From contig OZ241917.1 in NCBI GenBank assembly GCA_965203805.1, positions 3,872,001 through 3,936,000 of the forward strand: 64,000 nucleotides of DNA, in the 5' to 3' direction. The translations under genes were made by a program, and so were the position numbers. Shown here one piece after another: positions 61,692 through 64,000 of this stretch (the first letter of the stretch is position 1; every line of letters begins with the position of its first letter). A model generated the notes under the pieces. It did no database searches, was not told where the DNA came from, and was given only the letters and a program-made list of their open reading frames with translations. This DNA comes from Candidatus Latescibacterota bacterium. GTDB lineage: Bacteria; Latescibacterota; UBA2968; GCA-2709665.

Positions 61692-64000
61692 ATGTCATCC
61701 CTGATTGTTCGTCACATCCAAAGATGGTTTAGAAGGTTCACTTCCTATGGAGTTGTACCTTTTTGCCTTGGATTCTCTGTCATTTCACCACTCGAAGGCA
61801 CGACGAAGCAGTATGCCGATACGATTTTTGAGTCAGCTCTGGAACAGGTCGATCGCGTCACCGTCGAGCAGAGCCTGCAGGACTTCCGAGCTGTATTGAA
61901 GGCGGACCGGGACTACGCGCCGGCTCATTACGAGATCGCGAAATTGTATATGTCGCTTGACACGCCTATGGATCGCCAAAGCGCGCGCAGGTCGTTGGAC
62001 GCGGCGATTCGATTGGAACCGGGTAATGGGGACTATCAATTGAAGCTCGGTGAGTTGCTCGCCAAACAGGGACTCTGGTTGAGGGCTGAGCGCCAATATG
62101 AAAAGGTGTGCGAAACCCACCCCGAGAGGATTGCCGAGGCAGCATATATGGTAGGGTTTTTTTCCCTGCAGGCGTTCTTGAAGTATATCGATATGGAGCA
62201 CATAGATATTATTACTGGCGGCGGGCCACCTACATATCACCTGTTTCGTTGGGAAGAATTCGGTGCGCGCGATCGGGAAAAAGCACTGGCATTCCTTATA
62301 AAGAGCATCGAGGCCGATTCTGGGTTACGTGATGCCTATTTTGATTTGGGACTGATCCATTATGAGAGCAAAAACCCCAAAGGGCTCGTAACAGCATCAA
62401 AGCTCTGCCTGGATCAGTATCCTGAGGATAAGGACGCGTTGCTCTATTGTGGGTTGGGCTACTTGGGGATGGGTGAATTGAAAACTGCCCACGAGTATTA
62501 TATACGCGCGTTGGGGCGAATGTCGGCGCAGGAACGCGCTCTGATGGAGTCGGTGGACCTGATTGCAAGCAAGAAGGAACTATCGGCGCTTGATTCGATT
62601 GCGACAATCGATACGACCCGATACGGATGGACGGATAACCTTGAGGGGGTGCGATTCTGGCGGAAACGTGATCCACTGTATCTGACGGCATTCAGCGAGC
62701 GGCGGATGGAGCACTATGGACGGGTGGCTTATGCCAATCTAAGATATGGGCAGCGGTTGAAGGGGATACCGGGATGGCAGACGGACCGCGGGAAGGCATA
62801 TATCAAATTCGGGCGGTATCTCAGCAAATCGGCGACGCGGCTGGAGTTGCCAGGCGGTGTCGATGGAGCGAGCACCAGCATTAGTAGAGTCGTTCAGGGT
62901 GGGAATGAAGAGTGGTATTATGATGGTTTTTCAATTTCGTTTTTCAACAGCGACGGTCTGGATTCGTGGCGTTTCGATACCCGTCCAGGGAGGGTCTCTG
63001 GTCGATATACGTTTAATCATGAACCGACTCACTATAGGGACCCGTATCGCCATCGCAAGTACAGAATTCCTTACCAGGTTGCGAGCTTCAAGGACGGGGA
63101 CAACTACCGGGTGGAACTTGCATACGCGCTGCCGAAATACAATGTATCTGCCTCGGATGCGGACAGTGGTTTTGTATTGGAAAACGGAGTATTTGTGTTT
63201 GACGAGAACTGGGACGAGATATATCGGAAGCGGTCGGATCTCAACCTGAGTTGGCCTGAGTTAACGCCCATCGGGTATCCTGCTGCGGACAGCTTGCGGA
63301 ATAGTCACGTGGTGTTTCAGTTGGCATTCAGGGTAGCGCCTGGCACGTACAATCTGGTCGGTGAGGTGCGGGACCGGAAGCGGGGGTCTATAGGTACGTT
63401 TCGTGAGGAGCGCGGCTTTGCGACCGCGGATACAGTGTTGTTGCTGAGCGATCTGCTGTTGGCCACGCAGATTGAGACGGGACCGCCTTTTCCGGAGAAG
63501 AGAAGCCACCTCAACGTCGTTGCGAATCCACTGCGGACCTACGATCGGTCGGAGCCCGCATTCATCTACCTGGAGGTTTACAACCTGAAGCGAGATGAGT
63601 ACGGACGCACGGAGTATGAGATCTCCTATCGCATCGGGCGGCTTGGAGCAGAAGAGATCGATCCGTACGTGTTCATAGCGGAGCGATTACCGGGGAATGG
63701 CAAGCCGTCGGGTGCGGCACAGGTGCATGTGACACGCAACGAACGACTTGAGGTGACAGAGGTGGAAGAGGTGCGGGACGGCGAGGACGATGAACGGGCC
63801 AGGAGGATCGAAGAAACGGGACCCGGCGGAGAGGGATTGAAGACGACCGTAACAAGCCGATATCAAGGACACCGAGAGGATGATTTCACATATCTGCAGA
63901 TTGACCTGGGTCACGTCCCTGTGGGTGTACACCTGCTGTCGGTTAGGGTCAAAGACGTGAAAACCGGACAGGTGGCTACGCGTGAAGAACTGCTGCGTGT
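61692..64000 (+). CDS. TPR + GWxTD domain protein, tandem copy 4 (runs off the window; absent from the ORF track)
   Basis: AGGAGGT RBS and ATG at 61692 (MSSLIVRHIQRWFRR); GWQTDRGKAYIKFG; terminal REELLRV at 63981-64000 is in the same frame as the ATG. Confidence 0.88.
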   Translation, partial: MSSLIVRHIQRWFRRFTSYGVVPFCLGFSVISPLEGTTKQYADTIFESALEQVDRVTVEQSLQDFRAVLKADRDYAPAHYEIAKLYMSLDTPMDRQSARRSLDAAIRLEPGNGDYQLKLGELLAKQGLWLRAERQYEKVCETHPERIAEAAYMVGFFSLQAFLKYIDMEHIDIITGGGPPTYHLFRWEEFGARDREKALAFLIKSIEADSGLRDAYFDLGLIHYESKNPKGLVTASKLCLDQYPEDKDALLYCGLGYLGMGELKTAHEYYIRALGRMSAQERALMESVDLIASKKELSALDSIATIDTTRYGWTDNLEGVRFWRKRDPLYLTAFSERRMEHYGRVAYANLRYGQRLKGIPGWQTDRGKAYIKFGRYLSKSATRLELPGGVDGASTSISRVVQGGNEEWYYDGFSISFFNSDGLDSWRFDTRPGRVSGRYTFNHEPTHYRDPYRHRKYRIPYQVASFKDGDNYRVELAYALPKYNVSASDADSGFVLENGVFVFDENWDEIYRKRSDLNLSWPELTPIGYPAADSLRNSHVVFQLAFRVAPGTYNLVGEVRDRKRGSIGTFREERGFATADTVLLLSDLLLATQIETGPPFPEKRSHLNVVANPLRTYDRSEPAFIYLEVYNLKRDEYGRTEYEISYRIGRLGAEEIDPYVFIAERLPGNGKPSGAAQVHVTRNERLEVTEVEEVRDGEDDERARRIEETGPGGEGLKTTVTSRYQGHREDDFTYLQIDLGHVPVGVHLLSVRVKDVKTGQVATREELLR

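Noticed and set aside
54421-64000. Diversity-generating retroelement behind the repeated segments
   Set aside because: No reverse transcriptase in the window, the repeats are whole genes, and differences are not confined to adenines.
1-64000. CRISPR array, rRNA or tRNA genes, prophage structural genes, integrase
   Set aside because: No regularly spaced repeat-spacer run and no recognisable motifs for these were seen by eye.

Overview
Bacterial accessory region starting at a tmRNA gene. Almost every real gene is on the + strand. Order: DUF418 gene; tmRNA (2600-2959); a 2.6-kb integrase-less islet between two 26-bp copies of the tmRNA 3' end, carrying an octaheme HAO-like cytochrome and a NapC/NirT tetraheme cytochrome; an AbiEi/truncated-AbiEii toxin-antitoxin cassette between ~140-bp direct repeats; GT2 and an orphan peptide-binding ABC protein; a 1620-aa Ser/Thr kinase-STAND NTPase-TPR-GAF-sigma54 activator. 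That regulator is followed by a near-consensus sigma54 promoter, a 67-aa peptide with a PapA-like ranthipeptide leader but an atypical single-Cys (CTWPRF) core, and an RRE-radical SAM/SPASM maturase, all at the head of a long glycan-modification gene run. Next come an IS630 nested in a decayed IS3; a beta-propeller, a pseudo-peptidase/UshA-like/tetraheme fusion and a secreted six-Cys peptide; a TPR-GWxTD-like protein; a second glycan block (split transketolase, TIGR03032, sulfotransferase-like, MBOAT/SGNH, GalU); a DUF4297-HerA anti-phage pair with a frameshifted HerA; an outer-membrane beta-barrel; and at least four tandem, mosaic TPR-GWxTD paralogues running off the window. The best candidate for an undescribed system is the sigma54-controlled radical-SAM RiPP module (10879-17806) and its link to the glycan genes. 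All family calls come from motif recognition by eye, not database searches.
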